A stretch of DNA of 63,856 nt, filler included, from Olpidium bornovanus S191 (GCA_017911155.1; 36 parts of 36 records of this genome joined end to end with filler, not necessarily neighbours in it); one strand, 5' to 3'; shown: positions 11,283-22,628, counted from the whole stretch's first letter. Program-made: numbers and translations. Notes: generated from the letters alone by a model not told the origin.

Positions 11283-13025
11283 GGCCTGGGTTCCAACGGA
11301 CGCCAAAGTAGGCCAGGGTAGCCGGCAGCAGGGTTCCGCGCACCAGAGGCGGCTGCGCTTCTGGAAAAGGTTGGGCGACGGCGAGCGCCGGGTCACGGGC
11401 GCGCCTGGCTTCCCAGCGCCGGGCGTGCGGGGACGGCCAGGCTTAGGAGGTGCGCAGCACGCCAAAGGCGGGGGTGGCGTGTGCGTGTGGGCGTGTTGTG
11501 GGGGAGGAGAGGGGGAGGCCAGGGCAGGGCGAGGTCAATCTCAGAAAGTGGAGGAAAAAAAAAAATGCGCAGGGGGTCGCGGTACGCACTCGCACCGCCA
11601 TTTCCCTTCTGAAGAGTTCGCGCGAAGGCGCCGAATTCGTCCGCCCGGGCCCCTCCCCGTCCCGTTCCCACTTCGGCCTTCTTAGCACGCCACACCGAAG
11701 AACATACATACCGAACCCAATACATACCCGAACCTACAGAGGAGGGCCACGACTGACTGCCGGAAGGAGGGGATGGGACCGAAGGACGATTGGGATGGCC
11801 TGTTTGATGCGAATTCGATGATTTTTGATTCCAACGGCAAGATGATTTTACTCAGCGATTTGAAGCCAGATCTGGCCTCAAATCTGGGTTGCGGATTTTA
11901 CCGGGGATTTTGACAGGAGTTTTAGAAAGGATCTGGGAGGAATTTGATAAAAATTTGAAGGAAAGTTTGACGACGCACAATGCGCAACGCACAACCCACA
12001 CATATATGTGTGATTGCGAATGCCATGNNNNNNNNNNNNNNNNNNNNNNNNNNNNNNNNNNNNNNNNNNNNTTAATTAATTAANNNNNNNNNNNNNNNNN
12101 NNNNNNNNNNNNNNNNNNNNNNNNNNNCAGATATTTTAAGTAGTACCGTTTGCACGCCGCGCAACAGAGAACAAGATCACCGACGACGAGCTCGAGCTCA
12201 TCGATGAGTTCGAGAGCTGACAGCAAAGAGGCTGCGACTGTCCACGCTGGCGCTTCAGGACGCCGGGACAGTGTCCCTTTTGTGGGTTCCGTCAGCGTCG
12301 TCACAGTCCATGGGCAAGGGTTCTTGCCGGGGGAGCATCGTCGGGAACGGCGGCGAACAGCGACAGAACACTGAACGTTTTTTTTTACACGTGACGCTCA
12401 CTGGAATGGCTGGGGGAAACGACGGTTCTTCCGCCGCCGTCACCATTCGATTCGAAACTCGGACGAGCAGAGGGTGGGACGTCTGCGTGAGCGCCCGGGC
12501 GGCGGGTTGCCGCCAACGCGCGGAAGCCGCCCTTCCGCTGTCGTTTGGTAGGGGACGCACAGCTGTCGGGGCCAAAAAGGCAAAACATGCGCCCGCAAAA
12601 AAAAAAAAGCGCGGCGCAACTTTCGCCGAACTGCCGGAAATAGATTTTTCCCGCCTAAAAAAAAAACCTGGGCCGGCGGCCAAATTTTTGTTAGACTCGG
12701 TCTCTGTGATCGAGCCCGCTGAGCGCATACTTTGGAGATGCAGAGCCTAGCTCGCGCGCTTATGCGCACCTGACGCAACGAAGCTTTCGCGGAGGACCGG
12801 GCGTTCTCGGGGCCGCTGTAGCTTATTTCTGAGTCTAACGCTAGGCGTTAACTGCAACGCGGCCGACCACCGTTATCCCGCGAGGCCGTCTCCGCTCAAT
12901 TCTTCGGCACCTGGCCATAAAACGTGCCTGTCGTCCGTTGCGGCGAACGGCGATGTCAACGGCAGCTGCCGACTTGGCCTGGATACATCGTCTGTGACGC
13001 GGCGGTGCAAGGCACGGCTGCAAAG

Positions 13026-13433
13026 ATGGATGGCGGAAAGGCCGATAAGTGCAACGTCCTAATCGTCATGGGAGACGGCCGCTACGGTAAGAAGCACGGC
13101 GTCCTCGTTTGCACGATTATCACGCTAAACTCAAGAGAGCCCTTCGCAGGGAGCATGCTCGAACGGTTTCTCTGTCAGATGCACGCGCGGGAGTTCAACC
13201 TAATTGCAGGGCTTGTCGACGCCAGGTACAGGGAAACGAGAACTTTCATGCGCGACATCCGCTCAAGCGGAGAGCAGCAGCAGCAGCTCCCGGACATCTG
13301 CAAGGTCGAATACATGGACTTCGAACAGTTCTACGCGGGATACGACAACGACCTGAAGCGCATTCTCGGGGAGTATAGCATCGACTGGCTGTGCCTGGTC
13401 CCTTTCGGCAACACCTTCAGGCGCCCCGAGCAC
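13026..13433 (+). CDS. Possible NmrA/SDR-like Rossmann-fold protein, 3' truncated (intron 13087-13149)
   Basis: Spliced N-terminus NVLIVMGDGRYGSMLERFL resembles a beta1-glycine loop-alphaA nucleotide-binding motif. gtaag...cag intron. Confidence 0.4.
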
Positions 13434-14235
13434 NNNNNNNNNNNNNNNNNNNNNNNNNNNNNNNNNNNNNNNNNNNNTTAATTAATTAANNNNNNNNNNN
13501 NNNNNNNNNNNNNNNNNNNNNNNNNNNNNNNNNCGCGGGCGGCGGGGGCGCCCGCCCCCCCCCCCCCCCCCCCCTTCCCCCCCCTCCTCCCGCGACAGAG
13601 AAGGGGGTTCTGCGCGGCCCGCCGGGGAAACCAGATTGCGTGGGAAAACGAAACCTCGCCCCGCCGTTCGCTGCGACGGAGAGAGCCGCGAAAGAGGGAC
13701 GCGCGCTTGCAGTCGCCGCCTGACGTCGTTCTGCCAGGCGTACCCGCACGTCCTCTCCCAGCTCACCAAACGCCCGATACTCCGGCTAGGTTGTCGCGAC
13801 ACACTCGCCAAGGCGGCCGGAAAACTGGAAGCCGGTGCCTGGACCGCCGTCGTTGCGCGCCGTCGGAACTTGGTTGCCCGCCTGCTGCACTATCAGGCGC
13901 ACAAGCGTGTCTGAAGCCGGCTAGATTGACCTTATTTCGCCAATTATCGAGACGTAAGCGTTTTCTTCCCTTGATGTCGTACCATCATTGTTGGACCGCC
14001 ACTTGCGGTCCTCGCCAGTTTTGCCTGTTCATTCGCAAGAATTGCCGCTTACCTCCTGTGCTAACAAGGTTCTGGGTTTGCTCCATAAATATTGGGTTCT
14101 TCGGCCGTAAGGTTCTTCTTGCAGGCTACCGCAATTGTATTTCCGTCAACCAGAAAAAAGTGCGTGTGCGGCGGAAGGTGCACGAACTACGTTTCTGCAG
14201 AAGCAAAGCAGCGCTAGGAACAACAGCTGGCAACG

Positions 14236-15430
14236 ATGAATGAGATGGACAGAGCAATTCGTGAGTTGGCCGCCGCCGTCGTGGGCTTACGGTTTAGAAA
14301 GTTTGGGTTGCTCGATCGCTTCATCGATACTGGCTCCAGTTTCTTTGGTAGAGCCGGGTAACGGCGGTGATGGAGACAATAATTCTGGCGAGGAAAGGGA
14401 AGAGCTCCCGCGGTATTGGTGGGTCTAATTGTCCCTATCGCACAATTAGGTGATTTGAGCAACAATCGCTGATGTACCATGCTTTGTTTTTTTTTTCTTG
14501 CTGTAGGATCGAGGGGTTCCTGCCGCAGAAGGGCAGAGAGTTCTTCTGTGAGGTCGAAGAGGAATACATTCTGGACAGGTTCAATCTTACCGGCCTGAAC
14601 ACCGAAGTTAAACATTATTCCCAGGCGATAGATCTCATTACCGATGCTTTAGGTGAGTCCCATAACCTGGTTTTGGAATGTTCTTTTTTTTGTGAACTTC
14701 GTCCTGAACTTCTTTGTGCCGGTCATTCTGCAGCAGAGGACGAGATGGACGATGCGTTGCGAGAGGAAGTTGAGAAATCTGCTATTCACGTATACGGATT
14801 GATACACGCGCGCTATATTATAACGCAGAAGGGTCTTGAGAAGATGGTACAGTCTTTTATCCACCGGCATTTGCTTTGCTGGAACTACCTGTTGCCGACT
14901 CCTTTTTGCCTTGTCTTTGATTGTTTCGGCGCGTGAGGCAGGTAGCGAAGTACAAAAACGGCGACTTTGGCCGCTGCCCGCGTGTGTACTGCAGGTTGGA
15001 GCCGCTACTGCCGGTGGGGTTGACAGACATCCCCGGGCAAAAGCCTGTGAAGTTGTATTGCCCGAAATGCGAAGACGTTTACCAACCGAGGTCGAACCGG
15101 CACAGCACTGTGGATGGCGCCTACTTTGGGACGTCGTTTCCTCACTTATTCTTGCAGATGCACCCTCACCTCATCCCGTCCAAAACGCAGATGGAGCGGT
15201 ACGTGCCCAAGATCTTCGGCTTCAAGATCCGCAGCGTCAACGCTGTCCACCGCGCTCAAGACCGCATCCGCGAAGAGATGGACCGGAGAGTCTCGCAGTA
15301 CATCAACGCGGAGGGCGGCGCGTCGAACGCGGCGGTGTCGTTGCCGGCGGCGCCCGTGACCCTTGCTGCTCCCGTTTCTGGGGATCCATCAAAGCGCGTC
15401 TCGCCAGAAATGCAAGCGGTGGGGGACTGA
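14236..15430 (+). CDS. CKB1: Casein kinase II regulatory (beta) subunit, apparently complete, multi-exon
   Basis: [29 protein letters not shown], zinc ribbon FGRCPRVYC...[33 protein letters not shown]. Confidence 0.97.
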
Positions 15431-15872
15431 AGCGGCCGATGGGACGGTCTTCGCCGGATATGCACTACATTTGAAACTTTGATACCAACAACTTGGCATA
15501 TGTATCCCCAGCATATCAGGGTCACGTACTCGACATGAGGTGTGCGTGCGTGTGTTTGCGTGTTCGGGAAAAGGTTGCTGAAAGTGGCTGCGTGCCGGGT
15601 CTGCCCGGCTCTGCCCTATGAACTGTTTAGTGCGGGGAACAGAGCGGCGGGCGTGTGGCGGCCGAACGCGGGTTGTCTGGCGGTGTTCTCATCCCTCCAC
15701 GCCCTACGCGGGGGTCACGTGGAGGGCACGTGGGTAAGAAGTGAGCGCCGATTTGCTACTGGTGCACCCGTGGTTTAAAGTGCCCCCAACCAAAAAAAAA
15801 TGAACATTCTAGCGTGAACCCCCCCCCCCCTCCGCCCGCCCAGTCTCCACCGATCCCCACACACCCAGCACA

Positions 15873-16210
15873 ATGACTACTGAACACAATAATAATGCTA
15901 CGCTTGCTGAGCCCACCACAGTAGAAACAGACAACAACAGGCTTCCAGAGCTTACTGCAGAGAAGACAGTTGTAGCTCAAGAGCCTATCGAAAACGATTC
16001 CCACAGCCTGGCCATTGAAACAGAAAATGACACGCGTGCGGAGTTTACCGCAGAGCCTGCAACACCGGTTGAGGCCGTTCTGGCCGTTAAACAACGCTAC
16101 TCATTGTTGGAGGAAGTATTTGAGGTGTACATCGCCTTTGCCCGCCACGCTGGGTTCTCTGTATGTCACGGCAACACAACTCACATCAACAAAAAAAAGA
16201 AAACGCTGAG
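15873..16210 (+). mobile_element. FAR1/Mutator-transposase-like N-terminal DNA-binding fragment
   Basis: QRYSLLEEVFEVYIAFARHAGFSV resembles the FAR1 pattern F.S.eea...Y..YA...GF.VR. No DDE domain is visible before the contig ends. Confidence 0.5.
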
Positions 16211-16274
16211 GTTAGGGTTAGGGGTTAGGGTTAGAGGTTAGGGTTAAGGGTTAGGGTTAAAGGTTAGGGTTAGG
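16210..16274 (+). repeat. Degenerate interstitial telomere-like repeat, ~10 units of (G)GTTAG/GTTAA
   Basis: GTTAGGGTTAGGGGTTAGGGTTAGAGGTTAGGGTTAAGGGTTAGGGTTAAAGGTTAGGGTTAGG, with unique sequence on both sides. Confidence 0.9.
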
Positions 16275-16538
16275 TAGTAGTGGTGGTACGTGGTATGGTG
16301 CCGACGTCTTTAAACCACATGTTGTTTCAAATTTTTTCTTTTTTTTGTAGAAGCATCCCGAGAAAAAGAACAGCTCAAGTTGCAAAACAGTTTCACCAAA
16401 TTGATCAACTGTTTGCAAAGCAAAGGCAACGCCAACAANNNNNNNNNNNNNNNNNNNNNNNNNNNNNNNNNNNNNNNNNNNNTTAATTAATTAANNNNNN
16501 NNNNNNNNNNNNNNNNNNNNNNNNNNNNNNNNNNNNNN

Positions 16539-17345
16539 CCTGGCGAGCATCGTCTGCACGAGGTCCACCCTGACGGCGACGGCGTACTTGAGCCCAAGCA
16601 GTCCGGCGTGCCTCACTTCCCAGATCTCCGTGTGCCCGGGCCCGAAGTTGTCCTGCATGATGAGACAGAGGAGCACTTCCTGGACGCGGAGGACGATGTC
16701 CCCGGGCATGTGCCGCAGGACGGCGCCCAGGGCCTGCGCGCAGGTCTCGCGCACGGGCGCGACGACCTGGTCGGAGACGAAGTCGCCGAAGCGGTCCAGC
16801 GCGAACGCGCACAGCAGGCGCACCGCGCAGTCCTCCAGCCACGCGCGGTGCGAGGCGAGGTTCTCGGCCGCCGACGCGCCGACTTGAAAAAAAGAAAAAA
16901 AATTTTTTCGCGCGTCACAAGGAAAAAGCTTAGAAAAAAAACCCCCCTCGGGTCTCCGGGTCCCGCCGGACCCGCCAAAAAAAAAAACCAAAGCGGGCCA
17001 GCGCCGCTTAAGAAAAAACTTTTTTTTTCTTACGCGTTTTCCCTGCGCCGGCGCCGTGATTTTTCAGAATTTCCCGGAGGCCTATGCCGGCGCCGTGCCG
17101 AACCTCCCAAGCCGGGCTGGGCGGAGCCCGCCGGTTCCGTGAGATCAACGCAGATCCAAAATCCGGAAAGGAAATAAGGGGGGGAAAAGGGCACATACTC
17201 GAACACGTCCAAGCACAGCACTTCGCACACGGGTTCGAACGGCCATTCGACACCCGTTTCCGGCGGCAACGTTTTGGAGAAATTCGATTCCACGACCATC
17301 TTGTCTGAGCAAGGCTGCGGCGTCACCGTCACCGCCGCGTCCTGT
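16539..17345 (-). CDS. MOT1: TBP-associated Swi2/Snf2 ATPase MOT1/BTAF1, internal N-terminal HEAT exons
   Basis: EWPFEPVCEVLCLDVF, WEVRHGAGIGLREILKNHGAGAG, LDRFGDFVSDQVVAPVRETCAQALG, WEVRHAGLLGLKYAVAVR. Confidence 0.95.
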
Positions 17346-17563
17346 TCGACTTTGAGAGCGGTGGGCGACGCGCACGACGCGTTCGCTGCCGATTCCCTGC
17401 GTGCGCCAAGGTCCACGACGCGGACCCTGGCCGGCAAAAACAGCGGGCGGTGGAGCGTGTGCGCAAAGACGGAGAAGCGACAAGGTTTAATTCCGCCTCG
17501 AGGCACAACGACAACGGCGCGTCTCGTCGAAAATGCGGGCGCCGAAGACGACAGCGTATCCTT

Positions 17564-17598
<35 letters not shown>

Positions 17599-17617
17599 TT
17601 TTTTTTTCCCCCGTTAC

Positions 17618-17692
17618 CTTGTCGTGCAGCGCGGGGTGCAGGACCGGCACCAGGGCGCTCACGACCTGCAGGGCGTCCACGACGTTCTGACC
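17618..17692 (-). CDS. MOT1: MOT1 exon from the distal HEAT (DUF3535-type) region, out of order
   Basis: GQNVVDALQVVSALVPVLHPALHDK followed by a gtaac donor. It resembles the MOT1 segment normally near residue 1000. Confidence 0.7.
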
Positions 17693-18272
17693 NNNNNNNN
17701 NNNNNNNNNNNNNNNNNNNNNNNNNNNNNNNNNNNNTTAATTAATTAANNNNNNNNNNNNNNNNNNNNNNNNNNNNNNNNNNNNNNNNNNNNCAGAGGTT
17801 GTCAAACCTGGCGGATGGTTATGGTGAAGCGAAGCTCAAAGTACGTAAACTGGGGGTGTCTGGGACCGGAAGGGATTCAATGGCGCTTTTTTGGTGTTAC
17901 AATAACCACATGTTGTGCCCACGAAGGAATGGACAACACGTCAATTCCTCGAACGAGGGAACAAGAGAGCTGGAGAGCTTGTTCTACGCAGGGGATTGTT
18001 TTTTTCAATGCTCCCAACCCTGCGGAACGGTTTTTCGGAGAGGGAGAGGATGACCTGTTGACGAGAAACCGGCGCTTGCTCTCCGGGCCGGAGCCCGCGC
18101 CACCAGCGAAAAAGTGAGTCCGGCCGCCCAGGCCGCGGGACCCAACTGTCGCACACGTTACAAAGTTACTCTTCGACACATCTCTCCAGAAGCTCGTCTC
18201 CCAGCAGCAAGAACTATATTTTGATTAGCGAAAAGAATGCTCAAATAGTCGCCGACAGCTATTCATCGCCAG

Positions 18273-19579
18273 TTAGCTTTTGGGGGAGGAAGTCGGAACA
18301 GCCGGACATTGGAAAATGCGGTCCGTGGGCTCCAACTTCTTGTTGTGCCATACCATCGCACACTTGTTGCACGGCACTTCAACCTCGGTTAAGTTCTTGG
18401 CGTGCGCCTCGATGAACTCGGTTTCGCCGCCGTACACGTCGCTCGGCCAATACAGACGATTATTGGGAACTTTCTCTTCGAATATCGAGGTTGACCACGC
18501 CAACCCATTAAAATCAAGCGGAAACTTTCGGGTTTCCCACGCGGCGTGTACCTCCTTCGCTCGTCCGTTCTCGTCCGCGACCGCATACTCGACGCCTTCG
18601 GGCCCGAGCAACCACACCGGAAGAAACGCGAAGCGTTTGGTGTCGTAGAGCAGGTCAAACTGCACATACGAATCATCGTCTACCGGGAGCACGACACCGT
18701 TGAACTGGAGGGCCCGCGTAAACTTGTGAATTAGCTCCAACAGCGCGTTCTTCTGCGCGTTGCCGTACCTCCGCGTTGGGCCAAACGCGAAGTACACGAA
18801 GGGCGTTTTGGAACACCGAAGCAGATCAGCGATGGAGTCGTCGACGTATGCTCCGTCTTCTGCTATTATCCACAGGAACTGCCTGCAGACGGCACCGTTG
18901 GTACGCTGACACAAGAGCTCGTTGTTGACCATATGCTCGTGGAGCGCAGAGATATGCCGGCCGATAAAGGCCTTACGGTCTGATTGCCAACCATCGCGGG
19001 CGCAGGTGGCGGTGATAAGGAATAGAGTCGGTTTGTCCGCGTCGAACCCGTCCGGAAGCGAGACTTCCAGTGAACTACCTTTTGCTGCCTCTCCGGTGTG
19101 CTGCAAAATATCGTTTGCTCGCATTTTGTCAAGCAACACAGGCTCCGAAAGCATCTCCGTCAGTGCGTCCCGCGTCCATCTGAAAAGCTCGTCGCCGGCA
19201 ACTTTTTTGGGCAAGCTCGGCCTTTTAACTGTCTCGAATTGCGCCATCTTCTCAGGACAGGCAAACAGAGGGTCCAGTTTCCCCTGCACCCACTGCAAGG
19301 GAATGATCTGCTGGATGTCACAGAGCAGCAAATCGCCAGGGCAGTGCGTCAGGAACCAGGCCAAATGGTTGCCGACGTGGAAAGTACCGTTGGCAGCGTC
19401 AACGGCAACGCAAGTGGGCAAAAACAGGTAGCCTCCTTCGCAGCGGTCTTTTCCAACGGCCTGCGTTTGCACGGACGGCGGGCAATGCACCGGGTGCTCG
19501 TACAGAAACACGGATGCCAAATCCCCATCGATAGAATTCCCGTGTGTGCAGGAGGCGGCGTCCTGGCAAGGCGACCATG
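18273..19579 (-). CDS. Glycosyltransferase family 43 (beta-1,3-glucuronyltransferase/IRX9-like) with N-terminal extension, no intron seen, 5' truncated
   Basis: PTLFLITAT, FLWIIAED, GNAQKNAL, GVVLPVDDDSY (DxD at 18672-18680), RKFPLDFNGLA, GGETEF and MVWHN are the GT43 motifs in correct order. The frame stays open to the contig edge. Confidence 0.88.
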
Positions 19580-20131
19580 NNNNNNNNNNNNNNNNNNNNN
19601 NNNNNNNNNNNNNNNNNNNNNNNTTAATTAATTAANNNNNNNNNNNNNNNNNNNNNNNNNNNNNNNNNNNNNNNNNNNNAAACAGAAGGTTGAACCCACT
19701 TTTCTAGAGCAATCGGATTAATGTCAGGTCAGCTGCAGCCACCTTTGGCCGTTCCGTCCGCAGTGGGCCGTCGTTCAACGAGAGGCAACATAAGTACATG
19801 CCACGAATTATCCTACTGGAAAATGGGAACTTTCTTTATATTTTGGAGCGCACTAGCACTCGCATCGGCTGGGAAAGACTAGATACATATTGCGTTCATA
19901 TTCAAAGCATCTGAACGTGCGAGTGCGTATGACGAGTGGAAGAGGTACCAAAGCTGCATGGAGGGGCACTTGAACCGCGCGGATAACCTGCAGCAGGCGC
20001 GAACGGACCGAGTGGACGCCCTGTGGTCACGCACGCACACACATAGCTCTCCCTCATCGCGCGAGACCTGGTTTAAACTGCGCTATAAATCCCCCAGTCC
20101 GCCGCCGTCCAACTTTCCCCCATTAAAATGC

Positions 20132-20908
20132 TCATTCGCTGCGGTCTTCCTTCCAGCTCCCAAAGTCCCCGTCCGGAGCATGCACGATCTGCAGATCCTC
20201 GTCCGAGTCGGCGGCTGTTTCTACCATGTACGCGTCGAGGTCGGCGTCGAGGCGGTCCTTGACTTCATTTGGCCGCGTCGAAGCAGCCGTCGGTGCCGCC
20301 GCGGTGCAGGCAGCGGAGGTTTTTGCTCGCAACCTGTTGTACTCGTCTAGTTCCCGGTTCAGCTGGTCAGCCGTGACCCTTTTCGTTCCGCCGCGGGCGT
20401 CGCACGCCGCCCCTGCCCTTCCAAAGTACGCGACGCGGGATCCCCGCCCGCGCCCGCGGAACCTGCCGCGTGACGACGGGTAGTATGGCGACGGGCTCTG
20501 GTGCCGATAGGACGGGTTATACGCGCCCCGGCCCCTCCGGTGCGCCGGAGGCACATAGTAGGACCCGCCCCGTCCGCCCAAGCCCCGAGAGTAGTCGCCC
20601 CAAGGCGGGGGGTACGCCGGGACGCACCCGTACGGCCATACCCACGACCCTCCGACCAGCGCGTGCGCCACCGCGACGTTGCGCGAGGCGCCGAGGCCGT
20701 AAGGGTGGATCTGCGGAAACTGGTGTTGCTGAAACTGGTGCTGCTGAAACTGGTACTGTTGAAACTGGTGCTGCTGCAGCTGTTGCTGCTGCCACGTCAA
20801 ACGCGAACTGACGCCTCCCCCGAGCGCGGGACTGGCAACCGCCGAGGGCCGGCTCTCCGAGACAATGCGCGGGATGCACTGGACTCCCGGCCTGCAGCTG
20901 CCATCCAC
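20132..20908 (-). CDS. CHTOP/FoP-like RGG protein with two C-terminal UAP56-binding-like motifs and QQHQF repeats (start uncertain)
   Basis: RGG/RG tract, then VTADQLNRELDEY and LDADLDAYM, matching the FoP-duplication motif. Confidence 0.6.
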   Translation of the reverse strand: MDGSCRPGVQCIPRIVSESRPSAVASPALGGGVSSRLTWQQQQLQQHQFQQYQFQQHQFQQHQFPQIHPYGLGASRNVAVAHALVGGSWVWPYGCVPAYPPPWGDYSRGLGGRGGSYYVPPAHRRGRGAYNPSYRHQSPSPYYPSSRGRFRGRGRGSRVAYFGRAGAACDARGGTKRVTADQLNRELDEYNRLRAKTSAACTAAAPTAASTRPNEVKDRLDADLDAYMVETAADSDEDLQIVHAPDGDFGSWKEDRSE

Positions 20909-22628
20909 AGCCTGACTAGCTTTCAGCCTTTCTAGCTTGCTGAACCTACACGTGTATCAAAGTCGGTTCGACGTTCACGTGAGGCGGGTGTCGAAACAAG
21001 TTTAGGTTTCTAACCGCAGGGCACACAACGACGAAACGTTCACACACTGCGAAACAGCCAAAGGAGGTTCGCACCTGGCCGATAGCGAACCAACCGCAAC
21101 TGCTCCGCCCGCAACGCCGGTGGCCCCGTCCGTCATCTATCCACGTGGCTTCTGCGGTGATGGTGCTGGAGCGCGTAGGGGATGGGTGGGGGCCGCCTTT
21201 TTTAGCGGTGCTACGCCAACGGCCGCCGGCAGCCTCTTGACGAGGCGGCCGGGAAACGAATGTCGCGAAAAGGGCAGGGCTCAGGCAGCGGTTCGCCGGC
21301 ACCCTCCCTTTCCCACCTCCCGGGCGGGGGCGGGGGGAGGGGAAGACGAGTGGCGGAGGTGGTTATTACGATGGTTGACGACGTCCGGCGCGTGGGACGC
21401 GGAGTCTGTACGAAAGTGGTCGCGAAAGCGGAGGTCAGGACGGGGGCCGGTTTGACCTGCTTGGAACGCACGTGACGCCGCGTGACACGCAAATTCATAC
21501 CTCTCTCGTAGTTGTCTGTCGGTTTTGAGAGGACAAGTGCTCTTGTAGAAAGACTCTGGCGTCCGACTTCCCACCGTCGGACTCTCCTTCATCATGCNNN
21601 NNNNNNNNNNNNNNNNNNNNNNNNNNNNNNNNNNNNNNNNNTTAATTAATTAANNNNNNNNNNNNNNNNNNNNNNNNNNNNNNNNNNNNNNNNNNNNGCG
21701 AGGGGTTGGGAGTTGGAAAAAGGTGAGTTTAATTTTTGTTGCCCCGCCCTGTTTATCCTAATAGAATCTAATCGTATTAATAGTTGATGGTATCAAAGTG
21801 TAACCTAATAGTATCATGATATATAGATAATAAATAAATTTGCATTATGAGCGAGACTTATTTGATATTTGGGACAACTAATTATAGCTTGCGGGTGACT
21901 AGTCAGCACAGCAAAGTAGCGAAGGGAGCAAGAACAAGGAAATGCTTCTGCGGGGAGCACGCGCAAATTTCACGATTCCTTTTTTTTCATCTTGCCCACC
22001 TCTCTCCTTGAAATCCTCCACCGTTCCGTGCTTTGCACTCGCGTGCAGAATTCCTGTGAGGAGATTCCCCTGTTTTTCGCATTGACAAGAGATGAGGGAG
22101 GAGGGAAGTAGCGGGCAAATGGGGCGTCGTTGACGATGGCGTTCGACCGACAAAAAGCCGCGCACGCGTTGTCAACGCAGCTGGACGGAGGGGGAGAGGG
22201 CGGAGGGGGGATTGGGGGACTAAAAATTTCCGTCGTCATGGTCACATCCCCTATCTAGCAGCAGCATGTTCCCGTTCGATGCTGGCGAAGGTCGGCTACA
22301 CCAGGTTGGCAGGCGCGGGGTTGTAGGCGTCCACGGTTTTTTCCAACCTCGCCAGACCTAATATCCGCCAGTAACGCTCTGTACGTAGGGTCGGCTTTGA
22401 GCCTTGACGACGCTGGATAACCCCCTTCCGCCGGAGGCTCGCCCGCGCTCGTCATGCATCGAAACCGCCCCCTCCTCCTTTCCCAAACGTTCCGGGTCCC
22501 CCTCCTCCCCCCTCCTCCTCCCGTTCCCCCCCTTTCCCCTCCATGCCTCAACAAACGACCAGACGGCGAAGAGACTTTTCGAACACCCTGTCAAAGTCGT
22601 GCGACGTCAGATTCGGTCATTCAGCACA

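Noticed and set aside
10771-11685. 304-aa plus-strand ORF
   Set aside because: Antisense shadow of the YVC1-like gene in GC-rich DNA; no motifs.
16210-16274. True chromosome end
   Set aside because: Repeats are degenerate and followed by ~160 bp of unique sequence.
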